IMG/VR virus record: IMGVR_UViG_3300010338_000575
Direction: 5' to 3' (one strand)
Length of the DNA stretch: 64,000 nucleotides
Source of the DNA: a virus
Taxonomy: Duplodnaviria > Caudoviricetes
How positions within the stretch are numbered: position 1 is the first letter of the stretch; each line of letters opens with the position of its first letter. The position numbers and the translations under genes were made by a program. Shown one piece after another: positions 8,471-19,015 of this stretch. The notes below the pieces were generated by a model, which was not told where the DNA came from, searched no databases, and saw nothing but the letters and a program-made list of their open reading frames with translations.

Positions 8471-11290
8471 ATGCAAAATTTTGTGTTTGTGGTACGGTGT
8501 GAAAAAATTGGAAAGAAAGATGCTTATAGTGTTACTTTTTCATATAATGAACAATTGATAGAGCGAATAAAAAGTTTACCACAAGATACTCGAAAATGGA
8601 ATAATATTAATAAATGTTGGGAAATTACCACAAAATCATTATTTGAATTAATAAAGGGTTTTAAAGGTTCAAATAGAATATTATTTGATTTTGGTGGTGA
8701 TGCAGGTCGTGATTTATTTATACAAAACGTTAATAAAATAAAAATTAAAGAAGAAGAAAAACTTAAATTAATTTCGGAATTAAACGAAAAGAAAAAATAT
8801 TGGGTTAAATATAAGGAAGAGTTAGAGAATGAGTATGTTAAATACATTGAAAAATGTCATTCTAATTTAAAAGAAGGTGTTAAATTATATCCACATCAAA
8901 TAGTTTCATCGATGTTTATGGATATAACTCGTAATACACTTATTTCACATGAAATGGGATTGGGAAAAGCGGAAAGTCTTGATTCTAAACTACTTACGCC
9001 AAATGGTTGGATTAAAATGGGTGATGTTAAAATTAATGATTTTGTCATTGGTAGTGATGGTAAACCCAAAAAAGTGTTAGGCGTTTATCCACAAGGATTT
9101 AAAGATATGTATGAAGTTTGTTTTAGTGATGGAACATCTGTGGAATGCTGTGATGAACATCTTTGGAATGTAAATACTTATATTCGTAATTGGCGAAAAA
9201 AACCTTTCATGACAAAAACTCTTCGAGAAATAATGAATGAGGGATTACAATTTAAAAATGGTAATAATAAATGGTATATTCCAATTATTCAACCAGTTGA
9301 GTTTAAAGAAAATGATTTAAAAATTAATCCATATATTCTTGGGTGTTTATTGGGTGATGGTACAATTGATTTGAATAGTATTCAATTTACTACTGCAGAT
9401 ACTGAAATTATTGATATTTTATTAAAAAGACTAAATGAAAATATTATAATTTCAAAATTATTGGCGAAATATCAATATTCTTTAAAAAGAATTAACAATA
9501 AAATTCTTAATGTATATGTTAATGAATTAAAACAATTAAATTTATTGGGTACTAATTCATACACTAAATTTATACCTGATAGTTATAAGTTTTCATCAAT
9601 TGAGCAGAGATTAGAATTATTACAAGGTATTTTAGATACTGATGGTCATTCTCGAAAAGACGGTATTGTGGAATTAACATTGGCTTCTAAGCAATTAATT
9701 GAAGATGTGCAATTTATAGTAGAGTCTTTAGGTGGGGTAGGTAGATTACATGAAAAATGGATTAAATATAATGGTGAAAATAGATTATACTATCGTTTAA
9801 ACATTAAATTACCACCACATTTTATTCCATTTAAACTAAAAAGAAAAATTGAGACATTTGTTGCACCAACTAAATATTTACCTAATCGTGCAATTGTTGA
9901 TGTTAAATATGTGGGTAAAAAAGAAGCACAGTGTATTTTGATTGATTCAGAAGACCATTTATATGCTACTGACCATTGTATATTAACTCATAATACATTA
10001 AGTGCCATTACATTTGTTGAAATGAATGAATTTGAAAAAGTATTTGTTATAACACCCAATTCGTTAAAATTTAATTTTTATAATGAGGTTGGAAAATATA
10101 CCAATAGTTTAGCACATATTGTTGGTTGGAATAAGAATACTTGTTCAATAAAAGATGCAAAATATATTATAGTAAATTACGATTTTTTTAATCCAAGTAG
10201 TTATGAGAGATATAAACGGAAATGGGATAAATTAAATATAGATACCATTGATTGTTTAATTTGTGATGAATGTCAAAAATTGAAAAATAGTAGTACTAAT
10301 ATATATAAGAATTTTAAAAAAACGTTTAAGGGCGGGTTATTTAGAAATGGTAATGTTAGTAAAATTTTTTTATCAGGAACACCCGCACCTAATAGAGCAC
10401 ATGAATTATACACAGTATTGCATGAAATATCCCCATTAGATTTTCCAACAAAAAAACATTTTTATGAATATTATTGTGGTATGAAATACGATTTTGCTAA
10501 TGGTTGGGGGTATATTATTGATGAAATGGAACAAAGGTTTGAAGAGTTGTACCATAAAATTGCACCATATACACATAGAAAAAGAAAGATTGATGTATTA
10601 ATAGATTTACCAGATAAAATATACCAAAAAGTTATATTAGAATTAAATAATGATGAGCAGAAAATATATGATGATATTGAAGAAGGTGTTGCAAATGAAT
10701 TTACATCTAAAGAATTATATAATCCATTAACAATAATGCTTAAATTGAGACAATTTACATCATCGTTAAAGATTAAATCGATAGTTGATATTGTTGATGG
10801 TGTTTTAGAGACTGGTGAAAAAATTGTCATTGTTGATATGTTCAAAAATACACTTTATGATTTAAAAAAAATATTTGGCGAGATTGCCGTAATACATACT
10901 GGAGATCAAACGATTGAAGAACGTGCCTTATCTGTTCAAAATTTTCAAGATATAAATTCATCAGTAAAAATATTTCTCGGTTCAATACAAACGTGTAACT
11001 ATGGTTTGACATTAACGGCAGCAAATAAGTTATTTATATTAACACTACCATTTTCGGTTGGTGAATATGATCAGGTTAGCGACCGATTACATAGAATTGG
11101 TCAAAAGAGTGTTGTTAATATATACCCATTAATTTATAAAGATACTATTGATGAATATGTATATGATGTTATTGAATCAAAACGAAAGGAAATAACTAAA
11201 GTTATTGATAACGAAGATTATGAATCAAACATTAGTGAATCTGTCGTTAATGATGTTATTGAAAAGATAAAAAATAAACATAAAAAATAA
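8471..11290 (+). CDS. SNF2/HARP (SMARCAL1-like) helicase containing an intein
   Basis: N-terminal HARP-like domain (FSYNEQLIERIKSL..RKWN...CWEI), HEMGLGK/T Walker A, DECQ, SGTP, QVSDRLHRIGQ motif VI. Confidence 0.9.
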   Translation: MQNFVFVVRCEKIGKKDAYSVTFSYNEQLIERIKSLPQDTRKWNNINKCWEITTKSLFELIKGFKGSNRILFDFGGDAGRDLFIQNVNKIKIKEEEKLKLISELNEKKKYWVKYKEELENEYVKYIEKCHSNLKEGVKLYPHQIVSSMFMDITRNTLISHEMGLGKAESLDSKLLTPNGWIKMGDVKINDFVIGSDGKPKKVLGVYPQGFKDMYEVCFSDGTSVECCDEHLWNVNTYIRNWRKKPFMTKTLREIMNEGLQFKNGNNKWYIPIIQPVEFKENDLKINPYILGCLLGDGTIDLNSIQFTTADTEIIDILLKRLNENIIISKLLAKYQYSLKRINNKILNVYVNELKQLNLLGTNSYTKFIPDSYKFSSIEQRLELLQGILDTDGHSRKDGIVELTLASKQLIEDVQFIVESLGGVGRLHEKWIKYNGENRLYYRLNIKLPPHFIPFKLKRKIETFVAPTKYLPNRAIVDVKYVGKKEAQCILIDSEDHLYATDHCILTHNTLSAITFVEMNEFEKVFVITPNSLKFNFYNEVGKYTNSLAHIVGWNKNTCSIKDAKYIIVNYDFFNPSSYERYKRKWDKLNIDTIDCLICDECQKLKNSSTNIYKNFKKTFKGGLFRNGNVSKIFLSGTPAPNRAHELYTVLHEISPLDFPTKKHFYEYYCGMKYDFANGWGYIIDEMEQRFEELYHKIAPYTHRKRKIDVLIDLPDKIYQKVILELNNDEQKIYDDIEEGVANEFTSKELYNPLTIMLKLRQFTSSLKIKSIVDIVDGVLETGEKIVIVDMFKNTLYDLKKIFGEIAVIHTGDQTIEERALSVQNFQDINSSVKIFLGSIQTCNYGLTLTAANKLFILTLPFSVGEYDQVSDRLHRIGQKSVVNIYPLIYKDTIDEYVYDVIESKRKEITKVIDNEDYESNISESVVNDVIEKIKNKHKK
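8969..9994 (+). mobile_element. Class-3 (WCT) intein with LAGLIDADG homing endonuclease, 342 aa
   Basis: Inserted in Walker A GLGK|T. Starts with Ala (AESLD), ends THN before Thr+1. Block B DEHLW, block F AQC, block G THN. LGCLLGDG and LQGILDTDG motifs. Confidence 0.9.
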
Positions 11291-11300
11291 TACATATTTT

Positions 11301-11660
11301 ATGGGTAGTAAATATATTGCGAGAATTAATCCATTTTCAGATTTTATGTTGGAATCGATTGTTAGTGGTGTTGATATTTCAAAAAAAAAGCATTTTGTTG
11401 ATGTTTATAATGCTTGTGTTCTAATATTAGAAACAATATTAACAAATCCAAATGATATTAAATATCTTGATTTTGAAATTAAGGGGAATAATGGATATAT
11501 AAGATTAGTCGCCAATAATTTAATAACTGCATTATGGTTATCAGGTGTTTTTCCAAACGATGTTGATTTATTGGTAAATCGTAATGTTTTTAAAACGGAA
11601 GAGTATGTTTATCGTTATGATAAAAAAACAAAAAAATTGATTCGTAAAATAAATAAATAA
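11301..11660 (+). CDS. Hypothetical protein
   Basis: 119-aa ORF between helicase and polymerase. Confidence 0.6.
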   Translation: MGSKYIARINPFSDFMLESIVSGVDISKKKHFVDVYNACVLILETILTNPNDIKYLDFEIKGNNGYIRLVANNLITALWLSGVFPNDVDLLVNRNVFKTEEYVYRYDKKTKKLIRKINK

Positions 11661-11664
11661 AAAT

Positions 11665-14600
11665 ATGGATAATAATACAACACTTAAAGAGATTAAACAA
11701 TTTCTTGATGGTCGCAATAATGACTATAAATATATCGTTAATGTTGAAACAAACCCAAATACCAATTATGCTGAATGTGTTGTACATGAGCCTGATAAAG
11801 AACCTAGAATTGAACGAATTCATTATGAGCCATTTTTATACATGAAAGATTTATCAAAGTATAATATTAAATTATATGATGATGTTTCTGATGAATACCA
11901 TGAAAGTAAAAAAATTAAATATGGAATTACTATAACTAAATTAGAAACTGGTAATCAAAAACGTCTCCTTGATGGATTTTGTTATAAAATAACAAGTAGC
12001 AGGTCATTTAATAGTATTATTGAATATTTAAAAGACGGGGGTATTGATCCGTATGAAAAATTATATGATAGTGATGGTAAATTAGTTAGAGATAATAAAA
12101 ATAATATTGCTTATAAAAATAAGCATTTGTTTTATTCAGTAAAAACAACAGAACAATTTTTAATATCAACTGGAATTAGATTATATAAAGGCATTGATGA
12201 TTATAAAAATATACATCGATTAATATTTGATATTGAAACAGAAGGTTTAAGGTATCAGATACATCGTATTTTATCAATTGGTATATATAGTAATAAAGGA
12301 TTTGAAACTATTTTAGATGTTGATAAGTTTGATGATGATGATGCTGAAATAAAATTAATTCAAGATTTTTTTAATCTCATAAATTATTTAAAACCTGCAA
12401 TTATTGCGGGTTTTAACTCTGAAATGTTTGACTTTGAATTTATTTTAGGTCGTGCTAAGTTATTAAGAATGGATTTATCACAAATACCCACATCGCTTAA
12501 ATTCGATATACCATTAAAAAGAGTACCAAATACATCAGTAAAATATGGTAGTACTACAGATAAGTATACGTGGACAAATATGTGGGGATATTCGGTAATT
12601 GATATTTTACATAGTGCAAAAAGAACAGCAGCAATAAATAGAGATATAAAAGAAACTGGCTTGAAGTACTTAGCAAAATTTGAAGGTGTTGCAAAGCCAA
12701 ATAGAACATATATTGATGGTGAAGATAATACGATTGGTAAATATTATAGAGAAAATAAAATTTTTCTTATAAATGATAAGAATGAGTATATACAAATACC
12801 AGACGAGTTTCAAACAATCGCACGTGAATTATATATTTTACAAGTGAACAAATCAAAATTATCTGATATTGAATATAATAAAAAAAAGATAAATATTTTA
12901 AATAAAAATAAAAATTTTGTTTATTGGTATAAGAATGAGGGGTTACCAAAAAATTTGAATAGATTTATTAGTGGTAAAAATTTAGTTAAACAATATCTAT
13001 TAGACGATTTATGGGAAACATATCAAATTGATGAATTGTATAATCAAACATCATTCATGCTTGCTAAAAATGTACCAACCACATATCAGCGTATTTGTAC
13101 TATGGGTACTGCGAGTATTTGGAACATATTATTAACTGCGTGGAGTTATGAAAATGATATTGCAATACCTGAATCAGATGAATATGAATTTTTTAGTGGT
13201 GGTTTATCAAGGTGTTTTAAAAAGGGTTATTCTAAAAGAATTATAAAAATCGATTACGCATCGCTATATCCAATGCTTCAACTTACATGGGATATTTTCC
13301 CTGATTTTGATATTACTGGTGTTATGAAAAAAATGTTGCTGTATTTTATAACAACACGTAATATATATAAACATATTGCAAGTAATAGTAATCTTAGTGA
13401 TGAAGAAGTTGGTTTATTAGAACAAATTGATCATGATTTTTTTGAAAAAATTATTAATAATAACATACAGACAGATGATGTTTTAAAGGCTAAAATAAAA
13501 CAATTACCTATAAAAATTTTGAATAATTCGTTATTCGGTGCATTAGGTTCTAACATTTCATTTAACTGGTCTGATAATAATTGTGCTGCACGAATTACAT
13601 CATGTGGTCGTTTATCATTAAGACATGCAATTAGTTGGTTTAAAAAATATAATTGCCAACCATTATTAGCGGTTACTGATGGTATTAATTTTCAAATACC
13701 AGATACAACAACAATTCGTGTTAGTGATGATAATGTTTATTATAATCAACCTGAAGATTTAATTGAAAATATGTGGCAATATCGTGGATTTACGGGTATT
13801 GATGCATTAATTGAAAAATTTAATGCTGAGGAAATGATACCGCCATATATGAAAGTTGATAATGATGGGTATAGTATATCTTGTTTAAATTTATCTCGTA
13901 TTAACTATGCAACATTAGTGGAAGTTAAAGATAAAAAAACTGGACAATTAAAAGAAAAAATTAAATTAACTGGCAATACTATTAAATCGAATGTGATGCC
14001 CGAATATATCGAAGAATTTATTGACAAGGCTTTGGATTTAATATTACACGGTAAGGGTGAAGAATTTGTTAAATATTATTACGATTATGTTGATGATATT
14101 CGATATATGCAAATACCACTACACAAAATTGCAAGTAAAAGTAGGGTGAAAACAACAATTAAGGGGTATCTAAATAGGGGTATGGATAAGAATGGTAGAG
14201 ATAAAGGTAAACAAGCCCATATGGAATTGATTATTGAACAAAGAAAAATGATTGCCGAAAAATTATTTGAAGAACATATTACTGAATTTGCAGATAATGT
14301 TGTGAATGATAATATTACTATTGAAGAAAAAATGAAATTAGTTTCGAATTATATGCCACCAGAACCAGAATTAGATAGTTATGTTTATTATGTTAATTGT
14401 GGTTATAATAAATCGCATGGGGATTCAAGTATTATTGTTGATAAAAAAACGGGTAAAAAGAGATTTGCTGCAGTTTTAGTTGATTTAAATAATCCTGAAA
14501 ACAACCCCAAAGAATATAATTATGTAAAATACTTGGATGCTTTTAATAAAAGGGTTAAAACATTATTAGTTGGTTTTGAATCAGATGTTGCTGATAGAAT

Positions 14601-15315
14601 TTTAGTTAAAATTAATAGAAATGGTGATTTAATAAAATCAGAATTTAATCCATTAAAAAATGAATTAGAATTGAAATCATTTGATTTAGATGATTTTGAA
14701 GAATCTTTGTATTTGGAAAAATCTGAGGTTGATTTTTGGAATAAAACTGGATATGATCCAAGAAAGGTGTGGAATGGTTTTAAAATGTTTGATGATTATA
14801 AAGTGCATTATGAAATTTATGAAAATGCGTTGAATTATTTAAATGAAAAAATGAAAAAAGCAAACAAGAATTTAATTAAATCTATTAATGATAATTATAA
14901 TATTGGTGATTATGTTTTGGTGAAAAATGGTAAACAATATAATATTGCAAAGTATAATGGGATTTATTTACAAACAATTAGATATGATGTTGAAGTACCT
15001 AAAAGTCAAATTGAAATTGAATTAGATAAAAGATATGAAGAAAATAAAAAACCAATCGATAATTTAAAAGAAAGTGAACTTGATAAAACAGATAGAGAGT
15101 TATTTTTAGAAAAACAATTAAATAAAAGATTGGAATTATTCATGAAATTTAAACAAAAATATGGTATACCATTATCCGCTACAATGGAAACTGTATTTTC
15201 TCAAATAGAAAATTCTGAAATGGCATTCAATGATTTTGTTAATGAAAATAGTAATGATAATGAATTAGATGACGAATATATTGATGTGGATGATTATATT
15301 GATGACACGTATTAA
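11665..15315 (+). CDS. polB: Family B DNA polymerase
   Basis: ExoI FDIETE, ExoII FNSEMFD, ExoIII YLLDD, motif A DYASLYP, motif B KILNNSLFG, variant motif C AVTDG. Confidence 0.92.
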   Translation: MDNNTTLKEIKQFLDGRNNDYKYIVNVETNPNTNYAECVVHEPDKEPRIERIHYEPFLYMKDLSKYNIKLYDDVSDEYHESKKIKYGITITKLETGNQKRLLDGFCYKITSSRSFNSIIEYLKDGGIDPYEKLYDSDGKLVRDNKNNIAYKNKHLFYSVKTTEQFLISTGIRLYKGIDDYKNIHRLIFDIETEGLRYQIHRILSIGIYSNKGFETILDVDKFDDDDAEIKLIQDFFNLINYLKPAIIAGFNSEMFDFEFILGRAKLLRMDLSQIPTSLKFDIPLKRVPNTSVKYGSTTDKYTWTNMWGYSVIDILHSAKRTAAINRDIKETGLKYLAKFEGVAKPNRTYIDGEDNTIGKYYRENKIFLINDKNEYIQIPDEFQTIARELYILQVNKSKLSDIEYNKKKINILNKNKNFVYWYKNEGLPKNLNRFISGKNLVKQYLLDDLWETYQIDELYNQTSFMLAKNVPTTYQRICTMGTASIWNILLTAWSYENDIAIPESDEYEFFSGGLSRCFKKGYSKRIIKIDYASLYPMLQLTWDIFPDFDITGVMKKMLLYFITTRNIYKHIASNSNLSDEEVGLLEQIDHDFFEKIINNNIQTDDVLKAKIKQLPIKILNNSLFGALGSNISFNWSDNNCAARITSCGRLSLRHAISWFKKYNCQPLLAVTDGINFQIPDTTTIRVSDDNVYYNQPEDLIENMWQYRGFTGIDALIEKFNAEEMIPPYMKVDNDGYSISCLNLSRINYATLVEVKDKKTGQLKEKIKLTGNTIKSNVMPEYIEEFIDKALDLILHGKGEEFVKYYYDYVDDIRYMQIPLHKIASKSRVKTTIKGYLNRGMDKNGRDKGKQAHMELIIEQRKMIAEKLFEEHITEFADNVVNDNITIEEKMKLVSNYMPPEPELDSYVYYVNCGYNKSHGDSSIIVDKKTGKKRFAAVLVDLNNPENNPKEYNYVKYLDAFNKRVKTLLVGFESDVADRILVKINRNGDLIKSEFNPLKNELELKSFDLDDFEESLYLEKSEVDFWNKTGYDPRKVWNGFKMFDDYKVHYEIYENALNYLNEKMKKANKNLIKSINDNYNIGDYVLVKNGKQYNIAKYNGIYLQTIRYDVEVPKSQIEIELDKRYEENKKPIDNLKESELDKTDRELFLEKQLNKRLELFMKFKQKYGIPLSATMETVFSQIENSEMAFNDFVNENSNDNELDDEYIDVDDYIDDTY

Positions 15316-15325
15316 TTTTTTATAA

Positions 15326-15333
15326 GTATTTAT
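15326..15333 (+). promoter_or_regulatory. Putative phage late promoter GTATTTAT
   Basis: Upstream of ATG 15350. Confidence 0.65.
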
Positions 15334-15349
15334 ATAAAATCGTAATGTT

Positions 15350-15982
15350 ATGAAAATAAAAAAGAAAGAATTATTCGAAATTATTGATGGTGATGGTGAA
15401 TTAATTGGTGCAGATAAAATACCTCAAAATGGTGTTGATTTGGATACTGCATCAAGTAGAACCACTGATTATAATGCAAATGTTGGTAATCAGCCATATC
15501 GTTATGATATGTTAGGTAGATTTGGTTTTACATTAATGCCTTTCATGGAAGGTAAGGAAGATAATATAGAACAGAAGAATTTATTTAATGATGTTGCTAA
15601 ATTTCTATATGAAAAATATGTTGAAAATTTAAAATTTTATTATAAAAATCCAAATAAACTTAAATCTGATTATAGGAAATTATATAACATAAAATATGAA
15701 TCATTACCTGATGATTTAAAAGAAATACAATATAATAACGCTAAAAATTTGATGAAAATAGTTAATGAACATTTTGAAAAGGCAATTGATTCGATGCAAA
15801 ATGTTGATGAGAGTAGTATTATTGAAGATATTATATTTGAAGATAATTTTGAGGATGAGTTATCAAAAAAAATAGAAGGCAATGATGTTTTGGATAAAAA
15901 AATAAAAAAAATTGCTGATTTAATTAATAGGTTAGATATTGAAAATAGAGAAAAATTAATTAAATTATTAGAGAGAAAATGA
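15350..15982 (+). CDS. Hypothetical protein, candidate head-internal protein
   Basis: Late motif upstream; multiple hydrophobic-x-E sites (LFE, FME, VDE, IIE, IFE). Confidence 0.6.
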   Translation: MKIKKKELFEIIDGDGELIGADKIPQNGVDLDTASSRTTDYNANVGNQPYRYDMLGRFGFTLMPFMEGKEDNIEQKNLFNDVAKFLYEKYVENLKFYYKNPNKLKSDYRKLYNIKYESLPDDLKEIQYNNAKNLMKIVNEHFEKAIDSMQNVDESSIIEDIIFEDNFEDELSKKIEGNDVLDKKIKKIADLINRLDIENREKLIKLLERK

Positions 15983-15983
15983 T

Positions 15984-16766
15984 ATGAATTCAGAACTATA
16001 TAATAATAAATATAAAATACCAGAAAAAATATTAAAACATATTCAATTTACTTTAATAAGTAATCCATCTGGTGAGGGTGTCAAACGTGCTAAATTTATT
16101 TTAAAAAACGGTTATTTAACATATCAAGAATTAAAAAGATTAAAAAATTATTTTGATTACTTTGATAAAAGTAAAGATAATATTATTCAATATAATCTTG
16201 CTGGTGGTGATTTGATGCGTTCTTTTATCGAGAGTACTTTGAATTCAGAAAGAGTTTCAGTTAAAAGAAGTCGTGAAATTAAAAGAGACATAACAACAAA
16301 TGTGAATTCTGAATTAAATCCATATAAAACACCAAGAATAAATCATGTTGAATTAAATGAAAATAAAGAAGAATTGAAAAAAAATGCTGTTGCAATTATT
16401 GTGAACAAGGATAATAAAATATTACTCTTAAAAAGATCGTTAAATCCCAATCAATGGATGCCCGGTAAATGGGCGTTAGTTGGTGGTGGTATTGAAAAGG
16501 GCGAAACACCTGAAGTGGCAATTAAACGTGAAATTGGTGAAGAAATTGGAATAAATGTTAATGATTTAACTTTTGTATTTAGTATACAACGTTTTAATGA
16601 TAGTATTGAATATTTGTTTGGTGGAAAATATGGTGGTGATCCTTTAAATATCACATTAAATGATGAACACACTAATTTTGGGTGGTTTGATATATCGGAA
16701 ATTAATTATTTAGATACAGTTCCACATTTAATTGAATACGTAACAATTGCATTTAAAAAGTATTAG
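15984..16766 (+). CDS. Nudix hydrolase fused to an N-terminal phage domain
   Basis: Nudix box GGGIEKGETPEVAIKREIGEEIG; ELNE linker precedes the Nudix domain. Confidence 0.85.
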   Translation: MNSELYNNKYKIPEKILKHIQFTLISNPSGEGVKRAKFILKNGYLTYQELKRLKNYFDYFDKSKDNIIQYNLAGGDLMRSFIESTLNSERVSVKRSREIKRDITTNVNSELNPYKTPRINHVELNENKEELKKNAVAIIVNKDNKILLLKRSLNPNQWMPGKWALVGGGIEKGETPEVAIKREIGEEIGINVNDLTFVFSIQRFNDSIEYLFGGKYGGDPLNITLNDEHTNFGWFDISEINYLDTVPHLIEYVTIAFKKY

Positions 16767-16773
16767 TATTTAT
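16766..16773 (+). promoter_or_regulatory. Putative phage late promoter GTATTTAT
   Basis: Upstream of ATG 16810. Confidence 0.65.
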
Positions 16774-16809
16774 ATAAAATAACTATAAAATAATAAAAAT
16801 AAAAATATT

Positions 16810-17061
16810 ATGGCAACATATTGTTTATTGGATGATAGTGAAAAATATCGTATTTGTAACTTGAATAGAAACGAATCATTATACACAGAAAATTGTTCGT
16901 ATGGTGACACACATTCACGTGCACTTTCTGATGGTGATTATTATGGTAGGGGATTGTATAATGAAAGTATCGGCACGTCTCTTGATATTGAAAAAAGAAA
17001 TAATTTAATGAATAAAAATGATTTTAATAAGAATTGTGATTACGGTGTTAGTAATTGCTAA
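16810..17061 (+). CDS. Small hypothetical protein
   Basis: 83-aa ORF with late motif upstream. Confidence 0.6.
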   Translation: MATYCLLDDSEKYRICNLNRNESLYTENCSYGDTHSRALSDGDYYGRGLYNESIGTSLDIEKRNNLMNKNDFNKNCDYGVSNC

Positions 17062-17075
17062 TATTTAGAGTTTTA

Positions 17076-18260
17076 ATGGAAGGTAAATTATTTTTTAATT
17101 ATTTAAAAAAATTTAGACATCTGCTTAATGAAGGTGTTGCTGAAAATAGTATTATTGATGCAATTAATAATCATGAGTGGATATATTTATATTATGTTGG
17201 TGATGATAAAATCGCTAGAGGATATAGGGTTGTAAGACCATATGTTCTTGGTACTGATAAAAGAACAGGTAAACGTGTTTTAAGGGCGTGGCAAGATAAT
17301 CCGATGAATAGTTGGCATTTTGATAATAGACCAACACGTAAAGATAGTTTAAAACATGATTATTGGGTTGATAATGAGGGTACAAAACCCGGTTGGAGAT
17401 TATTTCGTGTGGATAGAATTAGTAGAATATATCCAACTGGTAAAAAATTTGTTGATAGTAATGGTTTGGTTATGATACCTGCTGGTTATCATGAGGGTGG
17501 TGATGATGATATGAGTAGTATTGATGTTTATGTGTCGACAAAGAATGAACCCAATTTTGATTATAAATATGATGTTGACTACTATAATGCTACTTCTACA
17601 ACACAACCATCAGATATTGAAAGAGAGAAATGGCAAAGTATTCAAAGGGGTAATAAATATAGAAAACAAATTACAAGTACTGATATATCAACATTAGTAA
17701 ATCTAGCCAACAGATTTTATAAGAAAAAGAAAAGCAATTTTATTGTTGTGATTGATAGTAAGAACAATTATCAATTAGTAACACAAAAACAAATAGATTT
17801 TGCAAAGAAAAAATATGGTATTGATATACCTGATTATGCCATCGTTGGTAATTTATCTGATTTATATAATAAATATATTGAAAGAAATATTAAACAACAA
17901 ATAAGTGAAGAATTGTTACGTGATAATCGTTTTATTGCCAAGAAAAATGTATTTGAATTTTGGGTTGGAAATGATTTGTTTTTTAAGTTAAAATATAATA
18001 TTGAGTCACCAAATGAATTATTCAATGAAAAATACGTTTCAATATACGATTTAGTGGCATTTGAATCATTTGGTTGTGAGGGTTATGCTAGTAAATTGTT
18101 GGATAATATTTTTGATTATGTAAAGAAAAATTTAGGTATTAATATAATAACGTTAATTGTTTATAAAAATAATTATGATGCAATTAGTTTATATTTAAAA
18201 AAGGGATTTATTTTAATATCTGAATTTGATGATAATTATTCAATGGTAAAATTTTTATAA
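17076..18260 (+). CDS. WYL-domain protein with C-terminal GNAT acetyltransferase-like domain
   Basis: WYL: YLYY...RVVRPYVLG...LRAWQ...WRLFRVDRI. GNAT: GCEGYASKLL...LIVYKNNYDAISLYLKKGF. In-frame ATG at 17076 preferred over TTG 17055. Confidence 0.75.
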   Translation: MEGKLFFNYLKKFRHLLNEGVAENSIIDAINNHEWIYLYYVGDDKIARGYRVVRPYVLGTDKRTGKRVLRAWQDNPMNSWHFDNRPTRKDSLKHDYWVDNEGTKPGWRLFRVDRISRIYPTGKKFVDSNGLVMIPAGYHEGGDDDMSSIDVYVSTKNEPNFDYKYDVDYYNATSTTQPSDIEREKWQSIQRGNKYRKQITSTDISTLVNLANRFYKKKKSNFIVVIDSKNNYQLVTQKQIDFAKKKYGIDIPDYAIVGNLSDLYNKYIERNIKQQISEELLRDNRFIAKKNVFEFWVGNDLFFKLKYNIESPNELFNEKYVSIYDLVAFESFGCEGYASKLLDNIFDYVKKNLGINIITLIVYKNNYDAISLYLKKGFILISEFDDNYSMVKFL

Positions 18261-18286
18261 CATAAAGACTTTTTTATTTTTTATCA

Positions 18287-18294
18287 GTATTTAT
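18287..18294 (+). promoter_or_regulatory. Putative phage late promoter GTATTTAT
   Basis: Upstream of ATG 18328. Confidence 0.6.
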
Positions 18295-18327
18295 AATAAA
18301 TAATAAAATTTTATATTTTTTTATACT

Positions 18328-18990
18328 ATGAATAAATTAGATTTAAATAAATTAAAGAGTGAAATTGAAAATAAAAAACAAAAAAAGGGGGATGTGACAA
18401 CACCAAATAGTGCACCTAAATTTGTTTTCCTAAATGGTTTATTAGAATCGTTAAATACTGGTCGTGAAACCCAATCAACCGTTTTGTTAAAACATGTGGA
18501 TAATACTGTATCGAAAAAAAAGGGTGATGAAATTGTATATAAAAATATTCCAGAAGTAGCACCACCACATCTGCAACAGAATAATATTAATAGACCAATT
18601 AATAATATTGATTTGAATGATAGAGATGATAAATTTTATATGGATTTAGATAAGAAACGTCAAGAAACTCTTGCAGATTCAATTGAAAAATACGTGCAAA
18701 ATAATGTTTTTAATAATGGTGGTGCTAATTTATATAATAAACAAACATCTGACTATACAACTTCAAATGGTGTTCAATTAAGTGACAAAATGAAAGAACT
18801 GATAATTGAATTTCTTGGTGATAATTTAGTCCCAATAATTGAAGATACAATAAAAAATGTAATTATTGAAATGTATACAATTGAAAGAATAAAAAAATCA
18901 TTAAATGATAATAAAGAAATAATACAAAAAATTGTTTACGATTATTTAAAAGAAATAAAAGCCAAATCGAAACAAAACGGGGTGAAATAA
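18328..18990 (+). CDS. Hypothetical protein
   Basis: 220-aa ORF between late motif and terminator. Confidence 0.6.
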   Translation: MNKLDLNKLKSEIENKKQKKGDVTTPNSAPKFVFLNGLLESLNTGRETQSTVLLKHVDNTVSKKKGDEIVYKNIPEVAPPHLQQNNINRPINNIDLNDRDDKFYMDLDKKRQETLADSIEKYVQNNVFNNGGANLYNKQTSDYTTSNGVQLSDKMKELIIEFLGDNLVPIIEDTIKNVIIEMYTIERIKKSLNDNKEIIQKIVYDYLKEIKAKSKQNGVK

Positions 18991-19004
18991 AATCACCCCG
19001 TTTT
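18974..19004 (+). terminator. Rho-independent terminator
   Basis: AAAACGGGGTGA/TCACCCCGTTTT inverted repeat. Confidence 0.75.
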
Positions 19005-19015
19005 CACATAAATTA

